A DNA stretch of 64,000 nt from the NCBI RefSeq assembly GCF_009914755.1, contig NC_060947.1. One strand, written 5' to 3'. Positions within the stretch are counted from its first letter, which is position 1, and every line of letters starts with the position of its first letter. The position numbers and the translations under genes are program-made. The DNA comes from the human T2T-CHM13v2.0 reference genome, Homo sapiens. The notes beneath the pieces are model-generated. The model saw only the letters and a program-made list of their open reading frames with translations, was not told the DNA's origin and did no database searches. Of this stretch, positions 42,901 through 57,060 are shown in pieces.

Positions 42901-45900
42901 AAATGTGGATTCAGAAACGGGTTAAACAAAGCTGTGGGCCAAGTGGATGTGAGCAATACTCCTGCTTTCTCGCTTAGTTTTTTTTTTTTTTTTGGTGGTG
43001 TGGCGGAGTGGGGAGCAGTTGCTCCCTAGGGTGAGTCTGCTGAAGCAGCACCTTCCACCTGTGGTCCCACCATGAATAAGCATCCCTGGCATGGTGAGAA
43101 GGCAGAGGCTAAAAGGAATTGGCCAGACATCTTCAGGTGGGCTCAGTGGCCAGGCAGGTAGAAACCTGACACCAGCTCAGAAGCTGAGCAGAGGAGGAAT
43201 GCTGGAAGTGGCGGGCAAGAAGGCAAAGCGAGGACGGCGAGCAAAACTGCAGACCCAGCATCACAGGCAAGGGGCATTGGGCCTGACCAGGATTAGAGCC
43301 CAGAAACAGGAGACAGAACAAGGAGAGAGAGCTGGGGAGTTGGGAGAGGGGGCGGCTGAGAACAGCTCCCTCATGAAGCACTTGCCCCATTTTCCCATGC
43401 TCCCCACCCAAGCAGGCTCAGCAACAGGGCACATCTGACTAGGCAGAAACTGATCAGATACCGCAGGTAGGTACTTATTGGAGGCTCCAAGCTGGATAGG
43501 GGTATGTATGCCCAAGACTTTCACATAGCCAGGAGATGGGCAGTAGCTGACTCCCTGAGGCAGACGGCACAGTGTCAGGGATTTTGTTAAAGTCATGGAA
43601 ACTGGGAGGATAGAATCATAATTCTAAGGTCACCTTAGAGTAAATTATGCTGGCATTCTGGAAACATCTGCTGCTGGTATTTCTATATTATTAAAGCCAT
43701 TTACAAAAGCCCAGCATCTTTCTCAAGGAGATTCTTATTCCACATGTGTCTTCCCCTGATTCCTTTTCCACATGTGATGGCCTAGAGCTACTTCTCAAAT
43801 TACCCTGAGGTAGCTGCTCCAGAGACATGTTTGCTGTGCCAAGGCTGAGCAGGAAATGGGTAACCCAGAGCAGAGGATCAGCAGCAAAAGCCATTTGTGC
43901 TCGAAGGAAACAAGAGCATTTGGAATTCCGGTGTGCTTGGGTGGAGGGGAAGAGGTCGTTATGTTGACCCAGACAGTCTTTGTCCCCTTTCTTCTGCAAA
44001 GGAGCAATGGGACCATCTCGGAAAATGTGTTGGATGAGAGAATCACTTGGCGAGGGGTTACTTCCCCTGCGTAAGCTGTGTGAGTACAGACACCGGGAAG
44101 GAGGTGGGGAGAGAGGCTCCTGAGGGGCCTAGAGGGGAACAGAACTCAAGGAAGAAAGAAGAGCAAATGAGCCAAAAATAGCTTTTCAACAGACCATTCG
44201 GAAGGACTGTAACCCTTACTCTGTAAGTGGTTGGAGTTCCTCCCTTTAACCGAGAATGGTTTTGCTATTACAAGTAATTGCCTCATGCTTGTGTTCTCAA
44301 ATATTTAAAAAGTCAACTGAGTCAGGTATGCACGAGGGAGGATTTCCAGTTTCTTCCCTACATCTTCCGTAAGTGCCTGCCTGGCTGGTCAGGGGAGGGA
44401 CCAGAGGCCTAGGCCTAGGTAGAATTCAGCTACTGCTCTGCAGGCTAAACTGGGGACTTCACCTAGACAAGATTTTCTCAGTTCCCTCTACTTAAGTCAA
44501 CCAGATTTTCAGGGATGGCCTTACACATAGATGGACAGGGTGGCTGCCTGCGTGGTATGATTTGAGGGGATAAAGGTCAAAGGCACCATGCCCCAAAACT
44601 CAACTCTACTTGCCCTAGGCTGAGCCTGAAATCCTCACTTTGCTTACTCCTTTTGAAGGCCCAGGTTTAAATAAAATTGCAACTTGGGAAGGGGAGCACA
44701 TTCAGTTACTACAAGCTGTTTACACCTCAGCTGGATTCATCATATCACATTCGCATTAGCAGAAAGTAAGGCCTCAAGGCCATGGTTAAGAGGCAGGAGA
44801 TCAGGAAAGTTTTGGAACATGAGCTATCATCCTATAGTTGAGAGTCCTAAGCAGCGGCGGGGGGTAGCATGAAGAGCTTGTGCTAGAAGGGAGAAGGAGT
44901 GAGAAAAGGGAGTATGAAAAACAAAGCCTACACTGTTCACCATCTGTTTTCTGAGGGATGAGCTTGATTCCTCTATCCAAGCTGAAAGTGGTTCTGATTT
45001 GGCAGCTAGGTTTACAACAAGGGAGACACAATCTCCTCTCCAGACTGAGGCATTTATCCAGAATTCATACTAACCTCTTCCCTCGTAATACAGGGACTTT
45101 GTGCTGGTGAGGAGGAACCAGGTCTGGAGCCTGGGTGGGATTCACTTTCCCTACTCAACTTCAAGGCCTGGCATGACCCATCCCTTGCTTCCAGAGGAGG
45201 GGAATGGTGAAAACAGTCATTAGTTCTTTGTTATGGGTGGTGAGTTGGGGGGTGATCTGCCTCCTTGGCCAAGCTTCCTGCCCTGGAGACAAAGAACAAG
45301 GAAGGGAAGCACAAAGAGCTATGCCTGGAGGTGTGGACTTTCTCGTAGCCTGTCTCAAACAATGAGTGGGGCTCCCAAAGAAGGCTGGTTTTGATTTTTC
45401 AGCTGGAGTCCCTTTGCGTTGGAGAGGTTAGGAGCCACCTGGATGGATGAGAGCCCTAAAGATGGATCACTGCTGCCCAGTTTAGATTCCCCACGGACAC
45501 CACTGGAGCCTAATGAGGTTGCCAAGGGAGCTGGTCCGGCAGCCTTGCAGAGGAGAAGGGGCAGGAAGAAAAGACTCTGTCCCAGGCTCAGCAAGAGATC
45601 CCATAGCCAAGATACGCACAGCAGGCCAGAATGTAAAAATCAATTCACAAAGACAGCAAGAATTAAGTCTAGACAGAACCCAACTGAGTGAATTTGTTGG
45701 TCTCTGTGGGCTGCAGGAACCAGAGAAGCCCCATCCACTCAGGTTGCCACTAGCTTCAGCCATGGTGACATGGCATCAGCTGCAAGCCTACTGTGGCTGG
45801 CTCAAGGGCCTGGGACTTGTCCCCTGGGCCTCTAAATGCCAGGCCAGGAGCAGTACAAGCCTCTCCTATCCTTCCCTTTACCTACTGCTTGGCCACTGAC

Positions 45901-46631
45901 AGGGTGCACCTGGCTAGCTCAGCTCTGTTTTCTTAAGTGCTTGCTGAGCCAGAGAGGAGAGAGGAGGGAGGATGGACTCAGGGAAGGGAGGAAGGGCCAG
46001 GATGCTGGCCTCCTGAGGTAGCATAGATTCCCCATGAATACACTGCTGACTATGATAGGTAGCAGTGCTGCCTCTTCCAATTCTAGCACTTCTGGGAGTC
46101 ATTTCTCAGCTCACACTTCCCTCCTGTGACAGATACATAAATCCTTGGCTGAAGAGGCTGCCGTGCCCCTTCCTGTTTCAGATGTGATTTTCCTCAGATG
46201 AATTGCGCCACCACTTTCAGACTCACATGGGTCAGACGATCAGACCAGGCATTGTGATACAGCCATCAGGTTATAGTTAGGAAGAAGAAGGGAACTATCG
46301 ATTTCCTGGTAACTCCTTGGATCTGTCTCCCCAAGTCAAACTAGGTACCATTACGCAGACCCCTTAGGTCTTCATGGACAAATCCACAGCATCCACAACC
46401 ATATGACATATTTCAAAGACACACAGAAATGACTTCAGTATGCTTGAAAATCAACTCCCAAGTATTTCTAGGTGGCTTTTCCATTTTGTGAAATAGCAGT
46501 GGCAATGCTTGGTCTCAGCTTAGCTTCTCCCTACATCCAGTTTCTTCTAGTTTCTGTATACTCCAGGGGTGCAAGCTTATTTTCATATCAGCCCAAATAA
46601 TTAAGAAGGCAGATCTACTGAAAAAAGTTAG

Positions 46632-46956
<325 letters not shown>

Positions 46957-47546
46957 TATCATGGTGCAATTTCAAAGCTAGCTAGACATGATGTTTCTCC
47001 TACATTATCTCTTATTTTGGATTATCCATGCCACATGTCCTATGTTACCCTAGCCATGTGAAACTCAGCCATACTTGGATTTGGAATCCATTTGTGAGTG
47101 GGTAATTTATTTTTGAAAAAACTTTCTTTATGCACTACTTGGGCTGGTATCAAAGTGATCCTGCACCCCAGAGTTCCCAGAAACTAGCTAGAAGGTCGGT
47201 GGGGGGCAGCCTGGAATTTTGTGATTGCTATAGATAATCCACAAAATGGATAATGAATATAGGAATAATCAAAACTCTACCCAGATACAAGAATGGGGCT
47301 ATGTGGGTAGGCAGCTAAGAGCAGAGGCTGCAATGAGTTGCTAGCACACAATTTAGTATCATTAAGGAACAAGCATGACCCTGGATGCTCTAAATAGGAA
47401 AGAAGCTTGTAGGAACTATGAAGTCGTCTTCCTTCTCTATTCCATGGTCATTGGCCACTAATGAAATCTTACACAGCTACAGTTTCCTGTAAAACAGCTA
47501 GCTTGGGGGTTAGGGCAGGTGATTGCGTCCTCTGCAGTTCAGTTAA

Positions 47547-47676
47547 CCCATTTATGACAGAGATTGCAAATTTTTTTTCGTGAAAAATCAGACCTTGGCG
47601 ATAACCTTGAGCAGTAGGATATAAATAACTCCCACAAGCTTAGCGTTCCAATAATGGAACACCAGGCCTAAATGGG
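47547..47676 (-). mobile_element. MER85, non-autonomous piggyBac (PGBD3-derived) MITE, essentially full length
   Basis: TTAA target duplications at 47543-47546 and 47677-47680; TIRs CCCATTTA...TAAATGGG; internal palindrome GTTCCAATAATGGAAC at 47645-47660; body matches the recalled MER85 consensus in reverse. Confidence 0.92.
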
Positions 47677-48899
47677 TTAATTTTGCTCCTTTCCTAACCT
47701 GCTATCTTGCAAATGTGTGTCACTGATCAGAGGATGGATTTGGGTGACTGGCTAAGGGCAAAGGTTTTCATGCCACAATCTCAGCTGTTACAGAGGACAG
47801 AATGAAATCTCTGGTGGATAACTTGGACATTATCTAAAAGATGGAGAAATGAAAGTTCAAACTTTTTTCTTTAAAAAAATGGATTTAGCTAATTTGGAAA
47901 GTAAGACCGACAAGGGATGGGATAACTACAATTTAAGCATATTAAATTTATTAAGCATAGGAAAGCTGGAGGACAGAATTAGGAGGAATAATGTCAGAGA
48001 GCAGAAGTTGTTAAACACTGGAATGTATGAACAAAGGACTTTGTGGTATTTCCTTTCTTGGAGGTGTTTGAAGATCAACTGTCTCTGCTTGAGGCTTTTG
48101 CTAAAAACTGTTCAAGGGACTGGCCAACATAGGAAAGACACACAAGGCTCCTGAGGTGTAACCCAGACAGAAGGCAGGAGACCAGACCCAGAACCTTCAT
48201 CGTCTTTCTGCTTCTCTCCAGGGCTTGCCTTCGTGAAATCCACAAGGTGAGCCCTAGGAGGAAGCAGGACTAATAATCATGTTTTGTATCACAGGGAATG
48301 GAAAGAAGTGGACCAAACATATTTACACGCAGCCTATCATAAACTCCTGGTAGAAGTGGGAACTCTCTTGTATAGTCTGATTTCGTACACATTTCCCACC
48401 AAATCTTATCCGAATCTGTCAGGAAATCAGAGCAAGTCCATGTGAAATTGCCACAGTGACATATTTCCTGTCCTTCTACTGTGACTTTGTGCATTCAGAG
48501 AAATATTATAACCTCTTGACTTGCTTCCTGGAAATACCTCCCTTAATTTGGGTTGAATAAAGCCCGTGAACAATGCCAAGAAGAAATCAATGGAGGCTGG
48601 TGAGGACAGACCCAGCAATTCTCCAGTGCCTATTTCCCCATGTCTGCCAGGAACGTGGTAGAGACAGTGCTTTCAACCAAGGGAAAGGCCTGCTGCTAAT
48701 CTGGAGTGTTGAGTGTCATGGGGCAGAGCAGGACACTGGGGATATAAAAATAGCAGGTTGCTCTTACACTTGGAAGAAGGCTGTCAGAGGGGGACTTCAA
48801 GCTAGGTATACATGGAAAAGACCATCTCAAACCATACTGTACGGCTCCTGTTACATATCTTCTGGCCCCTCTTGTCACATGTCACACGTCTGCTAACAC

Positions 48900-49228
48900 A
48901 CAGTGTAGTAGCATGTTCTTGACTCCAGTTACTTGTCTACCGTTACTTGTCTACCACTATCAAGATTTTTTGCCATATCTGAGTATTGTTGTTTACTTAA
49001 TATTTACTGTAAATTAACTTTAAGCAGATTCCCTTTTTAAGAAATGCCTCATCCTTAGAAATAATATTTTTTGAGACCATGGAGTGGATGTGTTAGCTGT
49101 ATATTCCCCCAATACATGTTAAATAAATAAATAGCTATAAAAATAGAAAAACAAAGTTAGTCCACGTACCACCTAAAATCATCTTGCACACCACCAGTGT
49201 ATGTTTACCACATTTGGGGAAACAGTGC
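48900..49228. mobile_element. hAT/Charlie-type DNA transposon remnant; a related fragment lies in opposite orientation at ~62916-62985
   Basis: GTCCACGTACCACCTAAAATCATCTTG...ACCACATTTGGGGAAACAGTG resembles the reverse complement of 62916-62985. Family not assigned. Confidence 0.55.
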
Positions 49229-50580
49229 TCTCTGTATAGTGCACACAGATGGTCCCCACCGCCAACAAGCACGGCTTTATTTCCTTCTCCAATGTAAAGC
49301 GGGCTGGGCTTTAGACTGCTGCAAATGGCCAGGATACAGTCCTGAGCCTGCCTCCCTCCCTCCTTCCTCTCAGGGCCAGGGCACCGGCCGTTATTATTTT
49401 TCTCCTTTCAGGTGACAGCCCCAGCCAAGGCTGGGGTTTGCAACAGAACACAAGGCCCTTATTCCTGGTCAAGTGTTCCTTCCCTCGAGCTATTTCCCTT
49501 GCCGAGAATTCCACACTGGACTTCACTCAAGTCGACCAGTGCCCTCTGTGGAGTGGACTTCCTCTGCTTTAGCCCCAGGGGCTGCATCAGCTGGAGTGCC
49601 CCATGCCCACATCAGTAACCTGCCTGTCCACGCAGAGCTCACATAGGCCCCTTGGAGCACGTGGTGCCCCCAGCTGGGAACTCAGTCTTCCCGGGGAAGC
49701 CAGGGGCCACTCCTCTCCTTCTAGAATCTGTTCCCCGGTGTTCAGGAGACAAAAGAGGCCTTCAGTGGGAACAAGAGAGGAGGGACCAAAGCATTCTGTG
49801 GGCAAGATGTGTGCTGATTTTGACTAAACAGACGGACAGTCTAACAATCAGGGCCAACCAACAAGGGAAGTGGCTTGTATGTAGATTGCCTTCGAGCTGA
49901 GGCAGCGTGTCCACCCTCTGGGAGTGCTTTAGAAGAGATTCTTGTAGCAGCTGGGAAGTTAACATCCTTCTGTGGCTTACAACATATTTTGTTGTTGTTG
50001 TTTAACAGATAATCATCCCTAATCCCTACCCCACTCCCCGGTCTAATGTGGGAGGTCACAGGGTCTCTGGATACAGAGTCCTTAAAGGAGTGGAACTGCT
50101 CTGAGGGAGGCAGGGCTGAGGCCAGGAGCTCCACCCACCCAGCCCACAGGTCTCCCCTGAACATCCATCACCCACTTGGAGATGCCTTCTAGTTAGGAGG
50201 AACTTAGCTTGAAAATTCTCTGGTGAGGAGATACAAGCCAGGTGATGAACAAAACACTACAAACTTTAAAAGAAACATATAGATTCTTATTTGCAACCTT
50301 GTTTCCAGATGTAGCCCATATTTGGTGAGGGCTGTGGCACAATCTACCTCTCCTCTTTCTTTTTGTCCTCCACACACTCTCCCCCTCCCCTTCCCTCCCT
50401 CATATTCACCCTTGCCTCTGCTCTCTTACCCCACACTCTCTTCCCTTTCCCCCTTTCCCCTCCCGTTCCCACAGCCCCTAAGGCGCCAAGGAGGACCCTA
50501 AGGGTTCTTTGAAAACCATTGTCCTGAGGGAATTCTAAGAGCCCCTCCTTTAGGAATCTATAATTGATTAAGATTAACTT

Positions 50581-50786
50581 CCAGCCTGGGCAACATGGTG
50601 AAACTCTGTCTCTACAAAAAATACACACAAAAAAATTAGCCAGGTGTTGTGATGCACAGTCCCAGCTACTGGGGAAGCTGCTTGAGCCCGGGAGGTGGAG
50701 GCTGCAGTGATCTGAGATTGCACCACTGCACTCCAGCCTGGGTGACAAAGCAAGACCCTGTCTCAAACAAACAAAACAACAACAAA
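50581..50786 (+). mobile_element. 5'-truncated Alu (AluJ-like), TSD AAGATTAACT
   Basis: Begins mid left arm at CCAGCCTGGGCAACATGG; (AAC)n tail. Confidence 0.9.
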
Positions 50787-51593
50787 AGATTAACTGAGTG
50801 GCCAGAAGTCACCCAAGAAATTATTGTTGAAAGAATGAACAGAGCCAAGAAGAAGGAGGGCTAGCAGGGAGGGAGGAGACTGTGCAGTAGTGAGCACACT
50901 AGGGCTGTGGGCAGGTGTCTGGACAGGTGGAGGGAGGTTCTTCGTCTACTCACTCTCACCATCACACTTTGCCCAGCAGTGTAGATACTGGTGGTTATGT
51001 GGTTGGCGGAGCACATTGTAGATGATCTGTGATATAGGGAGCCCTGAGATATCATGCCTGGCCTGGAAAGGCACTCTCTGGTTAATGGAACGTCACCTGT
51101 TATGGCTTAAGAGACTCTCACCATGTAATCCAGAGAGGGATGACTGATTTTGATGGAATTTTAATGCAGTGAAATGTACCAGATATCAACACCCACCAAG
51201 CAGATTGGCTTTTGGTAGCTCATCTGTGCATTATTTGGGGGAGAGTAGCTGTATATAGCAGCAGTCAGATTCTCAAAGGGACCTGCACTGAGTCATGCAA
51301 CAGTGGGCCTGGTGAGAGTGGGGATTTACCAAGAAAGGAGGTTTTCAGAAAGAGGGCCAGACCAGTCTCTCTTTGTAGATTCGCTTTTTAGATCTGGACA
51401 TCACTATCTGAAAATCCCTCACAATTCAATAGAGAATTTCTGCAAACACACACGTAAAGAACTCAAGAAATGCATTGTGCGTTCAGTGCTGGCATTTTGG
51501 GGCACATGGGATCACTGGGAGACATGTGGTTAAGGAGCTTATTAACAACTGCACATTAATGACACCTCCAAACACCCAGATTCTTGTTACTAA

Positions 51594-51904
<311 letters not shown>

Positions 51905-52139
51905 CATCCTTGAGTTTTGAAAATCGACCTCAATGTTCTGTTCAGCTGGGACCCCCTCTTGGGGTCATGACTCTTATCCAGGTACTACCTTCTCATTCTC
52001 TTTTTTTTGTCTTATGTGAACTCCCTCTCCCTGCCCAATACCATTCTGACATTCTGGGGTTCAGTGACTTATTCATTCAAGTTTCCATGCATCCCATTCT
52101 CACATATCAAGACTTTAGAAACATAGTCTTCCAGAATAT

Positions 52140-52318
52140 CTGCGTTGAAAGAGACCCTAGAGACCATCTTGTCTCTCCCCTCCCCCATTTTGTAAGTAGG
52201 CAAAGCAGCCCACAGAAGGGCAGGAGTTACTTACTCAAGCTCAAGCATCAGATTGGTGGCAAAGTCTGGACTCGAACCCAAATCTTCTGGATCCAAATCT
52301 GACCCACTTTCTACCACC
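52140..52318 (-). mobile_element. MIR (MIR3/MIRc-like), overlapping the candidate exon
   Basis: Minus strand GTGGTAGAAAG...TGGGTTCGAGTCCAGACTTTGCCAC...CTTGAGTAAGTAACT...ACAAAATGGGG...AGATGGTCTCTAGGGTC. Confidence 0.75.
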
Positions 52319-52323
52319 TCGAG

Positions 52324-52413
52324 CTGTAGCTCCTCCAGGAACTGTGCCTCCTCCCCAAGCTCTGGGTCCTCCCCGAGTTGGGGTTCCTCCACGAGCTGGG
52401 GCTCCTCCAGCCT
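52324..52413 (-). repeat. Degenerate 18-bp tandem repeat, 5 units; reads as an (L/F)xE(E/D)x(Q/E)-type hexapeptide on the minus strand
   Basis: Units start at 52324, 52342, 52360, 52378 and 52396, each with a core of cctcc. Confidence 0.85.
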
Positions 52414-54295
52414 TTCCACCTTCATCTCACAGCTGCCCAAGCCTTGATTACCTGGCTGGGGATGCTTCTCTCCTTTCTTTTAGTACAGTGCACTCTCACG
52501 CTCTGGCTCTCTCCTCTCTTGCCTGCGTTCTCTCCCTTTCTCTGTAGCTGCCGGGCTAGGGTGGGACAACTGGAAACTCTAGGCTTAGAATAAAAAGTGC
52601 TCAAGGAGCCTCAGGGCCAGCCTGGGCTGGCTCGGCTGTGGGGGCGGGAGGAAATTCACGGTCCTGAGTGTCTTCAGGAGCTCCCAGGCCCTGAGGGAAG
52701 CCTGGAGCTCCTGGGGCAAGTGCTGCCCTCGGGATCTTCTGCCGAGACCGGGCCAGCTTCCTAAACTAACTCCCAGACTGAAGGGGAGGGCCGGATCCTC
52801 CGGGAGAGCCCAGACGGCGGCTCTGCCAGCCAGCCCCTGTGGTTGGAACTTTCAAAAAGACCAATGTTTCAGCAACTGATTTCTTTTCCAACCCGAACAG
52901 CAAGCCTTTCTGTCCCCCTTGCATGACTGTGGCTGTGGCATGCAGCCCCAGCCTGAGCAGAAGCAAGATTCCAGGGCTGGAGCTTCATAACACCCAAATC
53001 ATTGGTCAATTCTATTAAACAAAATCAAATTTAAAAAAATCACCATTTTTGGCATCAGGTGTACCCAAAGCTGGTCTCCTGGCATGGAGATGTTGTGTAC
53101 CTACTGGGATGGGATGCTGCACAGCCGTCTAGAGACGAGAAGTCGGAAGATCATTGGATCAGAAAATCAGGAGACATGGTTTCCCTTTGCAGCTGGTCAC
53201 TAATTGGCTGTTTGGTTTGGGGCAGGTACCCACCCCACATTGGGCCTCAGTTTCCTCATCTGTAATGGGAAAGGGTCAGGCAGATGGCTGAGAAAACTCC
53301 TACCAGTTCTGAGCCTCTGTGTCTCCATCTAAGATGCACGTGGAGGTACAAGGTGTGGTCACCAACCCTGAAAAGGGAGGGGCTCAGGAGCTTGAAGAGA
53401 ACGTCCCCAGGCCCATTGTCCTCTGAGATCTTCCCCAGTTGCTATCAATGCCAGTAGGGCAACTTCATGCTTTCTGTGGGTTTTGATCTCTGGTAAAAAT
53501 TTCAAAGTTCTTCACAGTTCCCTGCTCTCCCCTCCCTGAAGAAGGGAAACCAGAAGTGTTCTCAGTCATTTATACCTGTGTGTGAATGAAGAAAGTTGAG
53601 AGAGCAAGCCTTGACAGGGAGAAAGCTTGCCAGGCTGGGTTTCAGGTGTCATCTGGCTCTGAGCAGAAAAGGGTATGTGAGTGACAGAGCAAGAAGAGGA
53701 CTGGTGAGAGAAGGATTTTGTGAGAGAGGGAGGCAAGGCCAGCCAGATAAGGTTTTGTTCTGGTACCACATTTGACTTGGCTAATGCTAATAAAGAGACA
53801 CTCAGTGCTTTCTAGGAGTGTCCTCTCACTTCACTTTCCCAACCACACCACCACCAATTTCTAGTGGTGGAAACTGAGGTCTAGAGAGATTGTCATTTGC
53901 CAAGGTGGTTGTCTATTAGACGCAAAGCGCCTGTGCTTCATGATCACATACTGGCTAATGTCCTCTGCTCCTTGGTGGCCTCTCCAGGGCCTTGTGAGGG
54001 CAGAGAAGCCCATCCTAGCTCCCCACAAGGGCTAGAACTTCCTGCCCCTCTGAAAGAGGGACAGGGAAAAACAGACTGGGACCCCATCTCTCTAGGATCC
54101 TGGCTCCCCAGGACTGGGCTCCTGCTCAAAGGCCCTGGGGCACACCTTGCAGCTAATACTAGAATATACCAGGAAAGCCTCCCACATTTAAAGAGGAGAT
54201 GGAGGACATAGAATTTTGGAGACATGGCCACTGCTGGGGGTCAATTTCAAGTGCAATTTTCACGCATTAGTTCTTTCTTCTCTTCACTGACCTCC

Positions 54296-54419
54296 ATCCT
54301 ATACACCTGGCAAGTGATGAGCTCTTCACAGTCTTCCTGATCCTGATTTTCAGCTGATCCTATACACCTGGCAAGTGATGAGCTCTTCACAGTCTTCCTG
54401 ATCCTGATTTTCAGCTGAT
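54296..54419. repeat. Perfect 61-bp tandem duplication (2 copies)
   Basis: 54296-54356 is identical to 54357-54417, followed by a 2-nt AT overlap. Confidence 0.97.
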
Positions 54420-55520
54420 GAGCCATTATGACCTTTGGAGAGTCACTCGCCTAAATCAAGCCTGCCTGATCTTGGCAGTGAGAAAATTTCCCTGCTCCTA
54501 ATCTGACAGGGCTTCAGTGAGCTGGAGGAGCTTCAAAATCCACATCTTAGGGCATTAGCAGTGACTGGGTTCATTTTGCCTTTCTGCTACTGATTTTTGG
54601 GCAAGAATCACTCACAGCGGGGCACTTGCAGTGCCCCATGTCTTTACATAATGAATTTTCTTTTGTGGATTTTCTAATTCTGGGTGAAGTCCCGTTAGCC
54701 TGTGTTCTCCTGACTTCCTGCACTTTTCCTTCATTACCATCAATTGTAATGATGTTGCTATTTGTGTAATTACTATTTGATGCCTGTCTCCACCACCAAA
54801 TTGTAAGTTTCCTGTGGCAGGGATCCTGCATGGTTTGTTGTTCGCCACTGTACCCCTTGTATTCAGTTTGTATCCCCTATATCTAATCTTGTTTGTGTGC
54901 ATGAAGAGGAAAACATTCTCCTCTGCAACAAGTACTTGGGGTGGGCGGCCTTACTCCAATGCCCCCTGCAGAGGAGTGTGCTCTAAAATTGTTAAAATGT
55001 AGAAGATGGGGGGCCCCCTTGAGACTAATTTATCCAGGAGACAAGAGAGCTGAAGGATGATAGAAGGGGCCCTACCAGCTCCTCAGTCCATTCTCCCACA
55101 CTATTCCAGTTACAGGAGAATGTATGCTAGTTTTACTGACTTATCTCCAATGGAAATTTCATTGACATTTTTATTATAAAAGTATTTTCATGAAAACACC
55201 TTCACCTTTCACACATACACTTTCTTTTTTCTTATAAGCACCTGGTCCTGACCCCTTTGCTTTCCCCACCTGTCTGTCCACTTCTGACCATGGTCCTTAT
55301 AAAACCAGGACTCTCACACTTTTATCCAATTCTTTATCTCTACTGTCATCAGCTTCCCCATATGTATAAACTACATACAACATCCCTTGGTAATTTTGTC
55401 CACCTCCTCTGAATGCTTGTAGTCAGGAAGTTCTTTCTGCTATCTAATCTCAATTCTTCATGCTACAATGTAGGCCTGTTTCCTCTTGTTCTCTTCCCAG
55501 TGTGGTTGGGAAACAGCTAG

Positions 55521-55893
<373 letters not shown>

Positions 55894-56779
55894 TGTACTT
55901 TTCTTATATTTGAAGACTGACCTCTCTTCTTGCTCTCTACCACCTTCCACCCCACCCTTAAACTTCTTGTAGATCAATAATCTTAGTTCCTTTAGCTTTG
56001 CACCACAGGTCCCTAGAGTCTCATGTTTGCCTCCTGTTGGCTAAACAAGTCCTGTTGGCCTTTTCCTGACACTTCACAATCAGATTCCCTTGGATCACAC
56101 TGGGCTGTTAGCTATCACCTGCCTTGCCATTGTGGAGGGCAGGTGATACCCACCATTTGAGAGACAGGCTACCTCTCTCAAATGAACACTCTTTGGGGCC
56201 CCTTGATCAGTTTATTTGTCCTTCCCAGAAGAAAGTCTAGCCTCCCTCCCCTTCTGCATTCAGGCTGTTTTTCAGCCTGGACAAATATCTGATATTTGCA
56301 GCCCAGAAAATTTACACCTTGGGCCCCAGAAAGGAGTGCAGCCTGAAGCTCTGTGCCCCACTGCCTCTGTACAATGAGAAGCATTCATAACTCAGAAGGA
56401 AGCCCGCAAAGGGAAAAGAAAACCCAGACAACCCCCCATTTCTTTTTCCTTTACAGTAAATAATTTACAAAAACAAATTTTCCTTCCCACAGGCTATACC
56501 CACTTTATCACTGGTCCCCAGGGCTAGCCTTTACACATTTCCTACTGTCATGGACTATTTTTAGCAAAGGATGACATTAAATACTAGTTACCCCATGAGC
56601 TTCAAACTCATCTCTTCCTCTTGTCAGAAAACTGTCAGTCCTCCCCTTTGGGACCTGCTGGCTACTCATGGCCTAGAGATACTTCCAGGGGTGTGAGAAT
56701 TACCTACATGGTATGGCTTCAGTGGTTACTCAGAAAGTCTTCTATCTGAAAATATCACCTTTGGCCTGGGTCTGATTAT

Positions 56780-57060
56780 TAGAATTTCAGTGCTAGAGAC
56801 TCATTTCTTTAGCTCAAATATAACTTCTCCAGGAAGGCTTTTCTGACCTTTTGTTAGACTCTTTGACAGAAGTCTATTCCTTTTCTCTCTTGGCATCTAG
56901 TTTGTAACTATGCTTCATTAGCATGACTATCTGGTTAATGCCTGTCTCCCCCACTCCGTTGACTGTTCTATGACAGCTTTCGTGTGTTTCCCATTATATC
57001 CCCAGTACCTGCCACCAAGTCTGGCACATGAAAGTGTGCAATGAATATTTGTTATTGACT
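56780..57060 (+). mobile_element. L2 3' remnant
   Basis: CTCAAATATAACTTCTCCAGGAAGGCTT...TATCCCCAGTACCT...CTGGCACAT...CAATGAATATTTGTT. Confidence 0.65.

Noticed and set aside
54296-54419. Possible CRISPR-like array (also considered for 52324-52413)
   Set aside because: No spacers, no cas genes, and the DNA is mammalian; these are simple tandem repeats.
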